Assembly: GCA_030704615.1 (NCBI GenBank)
Contig: CM060733.1
Location: 61,070,001-61,134,000, forward strand
DNA length: 64,000 nucleotides
Direction: 5' to 3'
DNA from: Takakia lepidozioides
Taxonomy: Eukaryota; Plantae; Bryophyta
Part shown: in pieces, positions 52,601 to 64,000 of the stretch
Numbering within the stretch: position 1 is the first letter of the stretch
Layout: each line of letters opens with the position of its first letter
Program-made: the position numbers and the translations under genes
The notes under the pieces: generated by a model
Told to the model about the DNA's origin: nothing
The model's input: only the letters and a program-made list of their open reading frames with translations
Database searches by the model: none

Positions 52601-54621
52601 AGAAGGTGTCAAACTTGACATGCCCCACCTACTAGACTCCTATGTAGTTCTCACACGTTCTGAACCGAGTAATACTTACCACACCGACGTCTCTACAGGA
52701 CTGCACCGTGGGGATCTCTTCCACACAAAACGGTCCAAATTTTGCTCTTGACCCATCCCTCTGTACAGCAGCCTGATGAGCGCGCTGAGGCTTGCAGAGC
52801 TGCTCAGGACATCCCTGAGACGAGTGGGCCTGCCTTCTGACCCACTTCACGAACGACCGAGACGATCCGCACTACCGATCCATCCACGGCTCTGCGATCA
52901 TCAGATGCACTTAATGTGCTGGGTACTTCTCGTCGACGAGATGTACCTTTGCCAGCAAACACCTCTATGGCTCACCGTTTCGTTCATCTTCCGTCAGTGC
53001 ATTCCAACACTCCTCGTCAACGAGAACTCGACCACGGACAACACTGGACGTCTCTGAGCAATCACGCATCATCCAAAGCCCCAGGATTCGACGAAATCAG
53101 AAAGCGGCGTCATGGATGACGAAGAATACGCACAGAGAGTGTCGTCGTACCAACGACCTCCGTCAGTAGCAACCGACGCAGGTACCGCGGCCGACGGGCC
53201 TCGTCGTTGGGACGACTGCACGCCGAGACAGACAACGAAGACCTCTTTCGTCCGACGAAAGGTACTCTCGTCTGACTAAAGAGTACGGTGCATGTTCGTT
53301 GATGCCTTCATTATTGAGGCGGGCTTTATCGTGGGCCCTGCATTATGACCACACTTTTACCTCGTCTCATCCCACTTTCACTTTCTGGGTAACATTTCCA
53401 TAGCTTTCCTTTGGTGGCGGGGACACAATATCCCAGTTTCAAGGGAGAAATTCGGTGCGGTGGACCCACACCAACCGAGTATGCGGTGCTTGCATTGGTT
53501 TTTGTAAGCAGCCCCACCTTGGAATATCCCCTTGGATCCACTTGAAACCTCCGATCTGCACACTGCAAATAGGAGCTCTCTACTGTCGACCAAGCATAAA
53601 GGTCAGCGAACAGAAGCTTCTGCGCGCACATGTCCAGTGATCGCGTAAGCCATTATGTAAGATAGAGATGACGCACTCAGCAGAGCAAAAGCCAGCGTTC
53701 AAGAGAAGCCATCCTGTATCTCATATGGAGTTAAATTATCTCGTGAGAATCTGTTTGGAGAGCTCTGCTCAGCATTTCCTTGAAAGCTTGCCAATTGTAT
53801 CACCCGGTTGGCTTATTCTGCTGGTAGCTTATGTCAATGTTGCTCTTCAATGCCTGTTGCTAAGTCAATCGACCATTGCCAGAAAAGTCTAGACATACAT
53901 TTGGACTTTCTATGCGAACTGGCAATCTGCGCGTTGTGTTGAACTCCAAAACGGATCATTCTGCCTCATTACAGCCCCATTACGACGAGGCTGTACAAAT
54001 TCAGAGGCCAAAACTCAGAGGCCCTCAAAATGTCCAATCTGGACATGACAGATTGTAACGCGGCAATCTGCACATGGGTTAAATGATTTGTGCTTGAACA
54101 ATTGGCATTCGGGTCATGGCATTCACATTTGGAGGTATGTACCAGCAACAGATTGTATTTATATACCCCCAGAAAGATCATATGCTACAGCCACAGCTAT
54201 TTCAAAAATTCAGCTACCCCATGTGGCACTTACTGTGCCACTTGGGATCCAGAGGTATGACCAAGTGTGAACAGCAGTTTTGTCACAGCTTCAGATTGTG
54301 ATGCCAGAGAGGATATCTACAGTTATGTACTTGCAAGTGTGAAGAAAGGGTGAGGGTCATCATAGTGTTGGGCTTCCATAAATGCCATCAAAGACTCCAA
54401 AAGTAGCATGAGCCAAAAAAAGGAGATGTATGTTGTGGTAGTGAAGAATTACTCGCACTATTTGTTAAGGTCAATAAATATCAATAAACTTGCAATAAGT
54501 ATCTCCAATTGAGCCTTGAAAGCATGTACAACATTAGAGGAAGTATGACTAATTCAGTCACAGTAAGACCCCCACCACTCCCTTTCTTTAAAAAAAAAGA
54601 AAAAAGAAAAAAAGAAAAGAC

Positions 54622-55592
54622 CAGTGTTGTGCGGTTCTTGCCATATTGAAGGAACCTCGGGTTCCGGTTCCTTGGTATATTTGAAGAGACGGTTCCGGAT
54701 CCGTTTCTTTTTTATGAAGCAGTTCCGGTTCCGGTTCCAAAATTCATGAGCAGATTCCGGTTCCGGTTCCGGGTATTTTTTGGGAAGGAACAGCCGGTTC
54801 CAGTTTCCGGTTCCGGTTCTCTATTTTTTGAATTTAAAAATATATATTAAAATTTTTATCGTTCTTTATAAATCTGAAAATGATTTGTGAATCCCCATTA
54901 GTTATATCAAATCTTTTGACCATGTTGAAAAGAAACAACACAACATTCATATACAAATTTATGAAATAATAATAATGCAATGTAAGCGAGTATAAATTAA
55001 TGTGTGTAGAGTACACAAAGAAATCATTTTATCTCAAACAACTCGGCCTCTACAATCAACTCCTCGTTGTCATCTAAGTGGACTTCCTCACTACTCAAAA
55101 ACAGACGTGAGAGACGATACAACGTGGAAAAAAAAGAAACTGCTGCCTACGATGCTACCTCCCTGCGCTGCTCCCTCCCCCCGTGCTGATGCTCGCACTA
55201 CTGCAGCACATCGCGCAGGTGGGAGGTGCGAGACTACAGAACCAGGAAAACCCCAAAAAAAAAAAAAAAACGACGCTGCTCCCTCCCTCACGCGCTGGTG
55301 CGCTGACCCCCCTCCCCCGTGCTGAAGACGACAGATCACGGGAAAAAACGAAAAAAAGAACCCTAGTGCAGGAACCGGATCCGGAACCGCCACTGACCAC
55401 CCAGTTCCAGTTCCTTGCCGGTTCTTGGAAAAACCCATACCCGCCGGTCCGGTTCTGGAACCGGCTTGTCCCTGCTTCCCGGTTCCAGTTCCGGTTTCTG
55501 GGCGCCGGTTCCGGTTCCAGTACCGGTTCCGAGGAACCCAAACCGGAACCGCCGGTTCCAAACCCGCCTAAGCGGGTACCCGCACAACACTG
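54622..55592. mobile_element. Non-autonomous hAT element (MITE), 971 bp
   Basis: TIR CAGTGTTGTGCGG / CCGCACAACACTG. Perfect 8-bp TSD GAAAAGAC (54614-54621, 55593-55600). Dense subterminal GGTTCC/GGAACC repeats and an AT-rich centre. Confidence 0.92.
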
Positions 55593-56699
55593 GAAAAGAC
55601 CCCCAAGTGTAAGTTAGATCTAGATGAGAAGTGACAGGTCATCACCTGTCTACAGTGCTCTGCGGTGGAAGAGGAAACAATGCGGACAGGCTATGCAACG
55701 TGTATTTGTAGTCACACCCTAGACATTAATATTTATCCCTTGATATTTATGCTTTGCTGTTGCCGGTCACCCATTTTGTTGGACCCAAACTGTAGGAACC
55801 TAAGGGCCTTCAGGAAGAAGTGGTAAGGTTAGCCTCCCATGTAAATCTGAAACCAGTGCCTGGCAGCAGCCCATAAGGCAATCCACAAAAGAATGATTAA
55901 GATTCCATGAAACCATAAAGCTTATTTCTTGGTTATATATATTCTTAGTCTCTCTGATGTGGGTTCCTCAGGCCTTAGCAGCGGTAAGGGGGGTGCTAGA
56001 GCGTGAGTGGTAGAAGTGGCTTTGGTTCTGAGGTTCGAGTCTTTTTCTCCTAGGTGTGTTGCCTACTTCAGTCATCAACACTAGCGCTGGTATTTTCGCT
56101 TCAGCTGGGTTAGTCTCCTCTTTTCTTCCGTTGTTTGCTGCGCAGTTGTCCTCCGTTGCAGGTGGTCCTTCTGCTTCTTGCTTTCTTATGTGGTGTCCAG
56201 TTGTGGGTTGCCCCCTCGCTCGTAAAAGCCTCCATGGCATCTAGAGGTTATTTTTTCCTTTTTTTCTGTTCTGGGGCCGTGTTTCCTTGCTTCAGCCCCA
56301 TGATGCCCTGTTCCCGGCCTTTTTGGCTTCTCTGTATTTCAATTCCTCGTCCTTTTCTAATGAAGTTCCAGTGCCTCGTTCCCTGCCATTCTTTTTATGT
56401 ATGTAAGAAGATAAATCTTTTCGGGATAAATATATCACACAAAAAATTCCCAAACATAACAACATTAGTGATAGAAGGACAATTCTATTGATTTAATGAT
56501 GGTTCCTGTCCCTGTTTCAGTATTCTAGTGGAGATGTACTAGCTCACCACAAATGTTTCCTACTACTATGCTCTCCTTGACATATGGCCTCGCAAATCAC
56601 CCATTCCCACACTCCATACCTTCCTATGACATTCCAAAGTAACCACTGCCAAGATTTGGGACCTTTATTGTCTATATGAGGCTTTATGGATGGTTGTAT

Positions 56700-57560
56700 T
56701 ATTTGTGGCTCATAAGATACCAAAGCAAGTGTATTACTGAAATATCAGTTCCAAATTCCTCAATCTAGCAAGCGTAGAGACTTCTAAAAACGCTCGAGTA
56801 ACATCTACCATCTCCACTTCTGGTGGTCTTCATTTCCAGATAGAACCTCTTTTCAAATCCATTCCGCTATTTTTTAACCGGTACAACCCAATTGGCAAAA
56901 AGGAAATACTGACTAGACTTCATCATATGGAGGAGAACACGCGGCAGCATTGACTTCAATTGCCCTCTCATTTTGTATTTGCACCAGATGTGTGCTTTCT
57001 CCAAACCATTGTGGTGTGAGAGACAAACCTTTGTTTTTCTGAAGCAGACATCAAACTTTGTATACTCATCCATTCCATCTTGCATCTCCTCATCGCTAAC
57101 GTTCACGTAGATGAAGTGGAAGTCTGGTTCGTCGATGTCTTTTAGACAGTCCCCGATCATGCCAATATATGTGTGTAGGCCTTTGCCTCGTAATAGCTTG
57201 CAGTGCATATGATGCATGGCTGGTGCAGATTTTGGATTGTCCCAAACCTAAAGCGTTTTTAATTTGTTTGTTCAGCATGATCAAACTCGATACGTAAACT
57301 TTACACACCATCTCTCGGGCCTCTCTCTAGTGAATAAACACCTGACACGCATTGTGTTTATAGAAATTGCTCCATTTTCGAGAGACAATTTGGATCGATG
57401 TCTGCTCCTGCTACCGTTATAGTGACGCTTACTTCAAGTTATTTTATGCCTAAGCGTCTATTTGCAATGGCTTTATCTCTAGCCAACGTTTTTATGGTTT
57501 TTATAGGACCTTTGTCCACACCTTCTGTATGGCCCTTTTTCACCATGATCGCTACCCAGT
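56700..57560 (-). mobile_element. Decayed Replitron-like HUH endonuclease transposon ORF
   Basis: EVSVTITVAGADID...YSLERG...SSLIMLNKQIKNALG...CKLLRGKGLHTYIGMIGDCLKD...FHFIYVNVSDEEMQDGMDEY...KVCL...NWVVP follows the motif order I recall for plant Replitron Rep proteins. Stops and frameshifts are present. Confidence 0.7.
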
Positions 57561-58047
57561 CGCTCGGTTTAGCGATATCTCTGGCCTCCCGATCCCGCCC
57601 TTCTGCTGATTACGTTGGCCCCACCGTCGCTGCACTGTATCTGGCCTCTATGGCTTCCCGCTCCCGGGCTTTACTTCTACTGATTACGTTGGGCCCGCTG
57701 GCGCTGGAGTATATTTCTCGTCTCTGGCCTCCCGCTCCCCCACTCTCGTCTCTTCTGCACGCATAGTCTTGGGCCCACTGCCTCTCTATGCCACCGCCTC
57801 ATCCTATACCATCATTTAAAAAAAATCATTGCATGGGGTCCTACCTGCAAGCCCATTGGCCATTCCAACCACCTAACAGTATATGTGTCTACGTCCCGTT
57901 GACCCACTTCCCCCCTCTCCAAGCCTCCCGCGAGCCCACACGATTGGCTGTTCCCACCCTATCCGCTTTTCCAACCTTCCCAAACTACCCAAATAAATTG
58001 GGGTACATAGTGGCATGGTATTAAGACCTATGTATATGTGTTTAGAT

Positions 58048-58442
58048 ATATATATGACGTCACCCGAAGCTAGCGTAAACAAGAGCCTCTTTCCTGCTTT
58101 CCCTTAGGGGTACCGCCCCCTTTTAGGGGTGGGCCCTATCAACAACAACAGCAATTTTATATATATATATATATATATATATTGGCTAGCTGGCCACTTT
58201 CAAACCTTCGCTTGTTTAGATGTGAGCGATTGTATTGCCGTAAAATGGATGGTATGTAGAAGAGGTGTAGTGTGTTTAAGAGGTAGTTTCAGGTTTTTCT
58301 TTTAGGATTTGGGTATTATGATTATGTGCGCCACCCCTAACATTTACAGTGACTATATTTATATATGACACTAGCTGAAGCTAGCGTAAATAAGAGCCTC
58401 TTCCCTGTGTGGGTACGGCGCCCTTTTGGGGGTGGGCTCTAT
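58048..58442. repeat. Two ~85-bp direct repeats, each ending in a small GC hairpin, flanking a (TA)n tract
   Basis: gaagctagcgtaaaYaagagcctctt...gggtacsgcsccctttt(a/g)ggggtggg at ~58066-58135 and ~58377-58437. (TA)n at 58158-58182. Confidence 0.75.
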
Positions 58443-60056
58443 GGTAACCAGAACCACTTACTAAGCGGCAAGCTAGCCACTTTTGTTGAGGATAATGGCT
58501 CTTAGTGAAGTGATGGCCGTGAAGTGTAATGTTCGTAATAAGGGGGTAGTTTAGGGTTTAAGGTTTCTGAGGTAGTTTAAGGTTTTCTTTTAGGATTAGA
58601 CTGTTGTGATAGTGAGCTCCCCCTCGGACACCAGCAGTGATGATGGTCAGACGGGCAGTATTCCATCCATATTGGCGGAGGGCTAGAACAAAGGGGCAGT
58701 GACTCATAATAGTCCGAGGAGCCGGGTTCCATCCACTGTTGCTGAAAGGGCGGGTATGAGCGGCTCATTATTTTTGCATTTGTACGTAATTGATTGGGCT
58801 GGGTATTTGTCATGGCAGAATGTGAATTCTATAAGATGGATTGTGAGGGAACCAGTTGGTGTTGATGCAATATCTGTTTACACATTAACTGTGCGCACCG
58901 AGCACACCAACGGATGAACGATTTCACACCTTCGTGTCTTGCCAAATCACTGGTCTCATGGCAACGTGACACTTTTCATTTTAATTCCATTGACCCCATC
59001 TCAAACACTTATGTCTTGGGTCAAATGTTTGTAGGCTGTTTCATTTGCTTTGATAGGATGTTGATGTGGCAACTCAGCGACTTCAGTACATTTACATGCA
59101 TGGTTATAGATATTTTTGTCCACTAACCTTGTAATTAGAAATGGATTTGATCCGCTTGGAACGGATGAGCATAACTTATTCAAATGTTCATCAAATGAGA
59201 CTTATTAAGCGCCCAAGTGCAGATAGCCCATGTCATAAGCTATCTATTGATCAAATAAATTCACAAATTTGAAGGAAGACTGATATCTTAAATGTTCTAA
59301 AAAACCTCCTATGACTTAGCCTCGTCTCCCGCAGTCTGGCTGTAACGTTCGGAGTGGGTATATGTCAAGGTTGCTGCTTCATCACCACCTCCACTGCCCA
59401 GCAGACTCGAATTGACCAAGCTATGGTGGAGAAGCATGTCCCATGGTCCAGTAGTGCGGGTGAGCAGCCAACTTCTCTCTTTTGGTGACGTTTGGGGACG
59501 GGAGGAGAGAGAGATTGACATGGCCTTGGAAAAGACAAGAGGAACGAGACGTAGAAAATGCAGGAGCAAATGATGATTCACACACATGTGTGATGCGTGA
59601 AGCTGGATGATCGTTTCCCGTGTATAGAGGGCCTGCTGTTGCAATCGTTTCTTGCATCGGGTTCTAGGAACACGGATCATAAAATATGTTCAGCTGCGGG
59701 GGTGGCAGCGTCTTCCAGCGTTCTCCTGAGTGCGCATGCGGATTCCATACTCGAGGCCTTGTCCTCTTGTCTCGGTCATGCGAAAGGCCTCCAGTCATGC
59801 AGCGGATTAAGGATGTGGGCTGTGGAGCTGAAAGCGCCATCCCCTTGGCAATGTGCAGGGGATGGAGTCCCTTGGATGTGGTGGCTATTCCCAAACCTTC
59901 AGGGATGCCACTGAAATTAGGTGATAATACGAAACACTTTGCGGTTTCCTTTCTTAGCGTCGCTGTGTTGTTCACGCCGTAGGATCCAGGCTTTGAATTA
60001 TATTTTGAGCAGTCCAGCAAAACCAATGTACTCTTGGCAAAGAAGCAGGAAAACAC

Positions 60057-63000
60057 ATGGGACAGTTAGACAAGGACGATAATTGGTATGCCTGGCATAT
60101 AGGTCAACGCTGGAGCGCCATGGAACAGCGCTGGCAGGAGCTCTTTAAAAATCCTCAACATGATGCGAACAGGCTTGTCTGTTCTGCAAAAGTGGCTCTT
60201 CCTGTCAGTACCATGATGTATTCCTGTTCCTGCTGTATACGAGGCATTTAGGAGTGTTAGTTTGGTCTTAGGAGGCCATGTTTAAAACTGTGCCTGCTCA
60301 GCTGCACCGTGGTGGTTCTCACAGGCCAATCCGAGATCACCCCACTACAGAAACAAGCAGCACACACAAGAGATCCTTTGGATTAAGGGTTGGCTGAATC
60401 CTCCTTGGGTGAAAGAAAAGCTAGCTGCTGTCATTACACAAGGTCAATGACTGTGGTGAGGCACCTTCTTCTTCAACACGTTTAAGCCCGTTTTGTCCTC
60501 CTATCAGAGTTGTTTCCTAACTTTTCATGTTGCATTCCGTGAGTTGCACATTGGGTGGATCTATGGTGGTTTGGAGTGTTTTGACATGTTGCTGCCAATG
60601 TGGCAACAGGCAAATGTCCAAAAATGGAAAACAGAGATGAGGAGAAGCTTTGGAAGGAATATATTTTGGACCCTGGTCAATGGTGGGCCAATCGAGGCAA
60701 AAAGGTGAATGCCTCTTTTGGTACAGACAGAAGCAGACAACAAGATGCATCACAAAGTTTTCTCCCGAATTGTCATACTCTCTTTCTCCTCAACGCATTT
60801 TTAAAGTTTTGGGAGCAATTCAGCATAGGAATCAGTGTGTGATAAGTAGGGTTGGGTTGTTGCTAGCACAAATTTAGGCTGTCATTGTCAGCTGCTATCA
60901 GCAAGGGGAGGATCTATACAGTATTGGTGCCAAAGGAGGGATAGCTGAAGGACCAGGGATGGAGTGTGGGCCCAGATTCATCCAAGAGGGCCAGATTTCA
61001 AGCACAAGACTACCTCTGAACCCCTGTGGATTGATAGCTACAAGAAACCTGCATGGATAGATGGTGAACTGAAAGCAGCAGCAGTAGCACAGTTGATAAA
61101 ATCAGGTACCACCACCATGACCGCAGCTTCCGAAAGAGGACCAAGAGAGGGAGTCCACAAGACCTCCTCTGGCACTTCTGGGCATGTGAGGACACTATGT
61201 GAGGCAGGGCAACTGAGAGAGGCTCTACAAATTTTGAACCAAGGAGGCATTTCAGCAGATTCAGATACTTATGTACATCTCTTGCATAAGTGCATCAAGC
61301 TGAAAAACCTGGAAGGGGGAAAGCAGGTGCACTCTTACATTATCCAAAATGGATTCAAGCCAAACCTTTTTCTACACAACACCCTTGTCAACATGTATGT
61401 TAAATGTGGGAGCATCATGGATGCACACCAAGTGTTCAACAAAATGCCTGAGCGAGGTGTGATCACGTGGAATATAATGATGGCAGGATTCACCAAGCAC
61501 GGGTGTGGTAAGAGTGCCTTGGAGACATATGAGCAAATGATGGGGGAAGGGGTGAAGCCCAACAATGTCACGTTTGTTTCTGTCTGCAATGCGTGCACGA
61601 GCCTGGCAGCCCTGGAAAAGGGCAGAGAGGTCCATGGTGACATCGTCAAAGCTGGAATTGTACCAGATGTCATTCTGAACACTGCCCTGATGAACATGTA
61701 TGCCAAATGTGGGAGCATTGAGGATGCAAAGGGAGTGTTCGATAATATGGCCGAACGAAATGTGGTGTCCTGGAGTGCAATGATTGCCGGTTATACCCAG
61801 CATGGGCGTGGGATGGAGGCTTTGCAGATCTATGAGCAAATGATGCAGGAAGGGGTAAAGCCAGACCAGGTTGCGTTCGTATGTGTTTGCAATGCATGTG
61901 CAAGGCTGGCAGCCCTGGAAAAGGGCAAAGAGGTCCATGGTGAAATCATCAAATCTAGAATTGAACCAGATCTCATTCTGAACACTGCCCTGGTGGACAT
62001 GTTTGCCAAATGTGGGAGCATTGAGGATGCAAAGGAAGTGTTCGACAATATGGCCCAACGAGATGTGGTGTCCTGGAATGCGATGATCGCAGGATATGTC
62101 CAGGGTGGGTGTGGGATGGAGGCCTTGGAGACCTATGAGCAAATGATGCGGGAAAGGGTGAGACCCAACCAGGTCACGTTCTTATGCGTTTGCAATGCAT
62201 GTGCAAGTCTGGCAGCGTACAAAAAGGGTAAAGAGGTCTACAGTGACATCATCAAAGCCGGAATTGTACCAGATGCCGTTCTGAACACTGCTCTGATGAA
62301 CATGTATGCCAAATGTGGGTGCATCGAGGATGCAAAGGGAGTGTTTGACAATATGGCTGAACGAGATGTGGTGTCGTGGAGCACGATGATCGCAGCATAT
62401 GCACACCAGGGGTGCGGAATGGAGGCTTTGGAGACCTATGAGCAAATGATGCGGAAAGGGGTGAAGCCTAACCACATCACGTTCGTGGGTGTTTGCAATG
62501 CGTGTGCAAGTATGGCAGCCCTAGAGAAGGGCAAAGAGGTCCATGGTGACATCATGACAGCTGGAATTATACCTGATATCATTCTGAATAACACCCTGGT
62601 GAATATGTATGCCAAATGCGGGAGCCTCAAGTATGCAAAGGGTGTGTTTGACAATATGGCCCAACAAGATGTGGTGTCGTGGAACGTGATGATTGCAGGA
62701 TATGCCCAGCATGGTTGCGGGATGGAGGCTTTGGCGACCTATGTGCAACTGATGCAGAAAGGAGTGAAGCCCAACCAGGTCACATTCGCACGCATTTGCA
62801 ATGTGTGTGCAAACCTAGCAGCCCTGGAAAAGGGCAAAGAGATCCATGGTGACATCATGACAGCTGGAATTGTACCTGATATCATTCTGAACAACACCCT
62901 AGTGGATATGTATGCCAAATGCGGGAGCCTCAAGGATGCAAAGGAAGTGTTTGACAATATGGCCAAGCGAGATGTGGTGTCGTGGACGGCGATGATGGCA

Positions 63001-63897
63001 GGATATGCCCAGCATGGTTGTGATGTGGAGGCCCTGCAACTATTTCAAGAAATGCAAACGGAAGGCTTGAAGCTGAACGATATTACCTTCATATGTGTTC
63101 TCTCTGCATGTAGCCATGCCGGCCTAGTGGATGAAGGCAGATACTACTTCAATTCCCTGAGTCAAGATCATGGAATCACTCCAGCACTGGAGCACTTTGG
63201 CTGCATGGTGGACCTCCTTGGCCGTGCGGGGCGATTGGATGAGGCAGAGGACCTCATTAACAGAATGCCAATGAAACCAAATGCTGTGGTGTGGATGGCC
63301 TTGCTTGGTGCCTGTAGAATTCATGGCAATGTGGAGATGGCCGAACGTGCAGCAACATCTATTCTCAAGTGGGATCAACAGGATGCTGCAACTTACGTTT
63401 TGCTATCGAACATCTATGCTGCAGCTGGCAGGTGGGAGGATAGTGCAAAGGTGAGAGAAATGATGAAGGTCAGAGGGGTTAGAAAGGAGCCAGGTCGTTG
63501 CTGTATTGAGGTCGGCAACAAGGTACACACCTTTGTTGTAGATGACAAATTGCATCCCAAAATTGAGGAAATCCATGCGCATCTGAAAAGATTGTCTGGG
63601 CAGATGAAAGAGGCAGGTTACGTGCCTGACACGAGCTTTGTATTACATGATGTGGAGGAGGAGCAAAAGGAATTTTCTCTTTGTTACCACAGCGAGAAGC
63701 TGGCTATCGCTTTTGGGCTGATCAGCACGGCCCCTAGGACGCCTCTTCGTATCATCAAGAATCTTCGGGTGTGTGGTGACTGCCACACCGCCACTAGGTT
63801 CATCACAAAGATTGTTGGCCGAGCAATTGTTGTACGGGATGCTAACCGCTTTCACCACTTCGAAGATGGAGTTTGCACTTGTGGAGATTACTGGTGA
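60057..63897 (+). CDS. PLS-class PPR-E1-E2-DYW (PG-type) C-to-U editing factor with two N-terminal OSB-type PDF motifs; exons 60057(?)-60191, 60325-60442, 60610-60704, 60976-63897 (~1089 aa, true start uncertain)
   Basis: L-S-(P-L-S)x5-P2-L2-S2-E1-E2, PG box (EPGRCCIEV), HSEKLA, CGDCH and terminal CTCGDYW. The three upstream exons have GT-AG borders with compatible phases (0, 1, 0). The PPR-DYW call is near certain; the upstream exon joins are inferred. Confidence 0.9.
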
Positions 63898-64000
63898 ATT
63901 GATGCATATTCTGGAGAGGTGGGAGTGTCTTGCTTCATTCGTTGATTCATTTTTGAGTTGATCAGTGCTACCACCATGCCTGAGAATATTGACTATGATG

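Noticed and set aside
52630-54300. Short ORFs between the LINE remnant and the hAT MITE
   Set aside because: No motif I can recognise; left unannotated.
55002-55617. Overlapping Gly/Thr/Pro-rich ORFs
   Set aside because: Translation of the GGTTCC subterminal repeats of the hAT MITE.
61010-63858. Many minus-strand ORFs over the PPR gene (and + strand ORFs at 479-861)
   Set aside because: Antisense shadows of the periodic PPR coding sequence.
63480-63897. Possible U-to-C (DYW:KP/GRP) editing domain
   Set aside because: It has a PG box, HSEKLA and a terminal DYW, i.e. the canonical C-to-U type.

Overview
Nuclear DNA of a land plant, most likely seed-free (a PLS-DYW RNA-editing factor and a Replitron-like relic are present; the species cannot be determined from the sequence). 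Host genes with intact spliced frames are a UNC93-like MFS transporter (+, 9.2-11.7 kb), a GDSL esterase/lipase (-, 17.0-19.4 kb) and NOP58 (+, 20.4-25.4 kb). ATG9 (-, 40.8-49.2 kb) is recognisable but carries several small indels. A PLS-class PPR-E1-E2-DYW gene lies at 60-63.9 kb (+). The most striking observation is that this cytidine-deaminase gene is preceded by three small GT-AG exons that splice in frame and add two OSB-type 'PDF' ssDNA-binding motifs to its N-terminus. A decayed paralogue with the same PDF-exon plus PPR layout sits at 0.3-1.9 kb (-), so the fusion looks like a small family. The centre of the window is a complete 12.6-kb Mutator-like element (26725-39325) with ~310-bp TIRs and a perfect 9-bp TSD. 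It carries convergent SWIM-transposase and Ulp1/C48-protease genes and is saturated with a short CAGWC motif. Other mobile DNA: two hAT MITEs with 8-bp TSDs (one inserted in the B-box of a tRNA-derived SINE), several SINE copies, LINE remnants including a nested chain of microsatellite-tailed 3' ends in an ATG9 intron, and a decayed Replitron-like HUH element. All gene models were read by eye from splice signals and motif recall; no database search was run.
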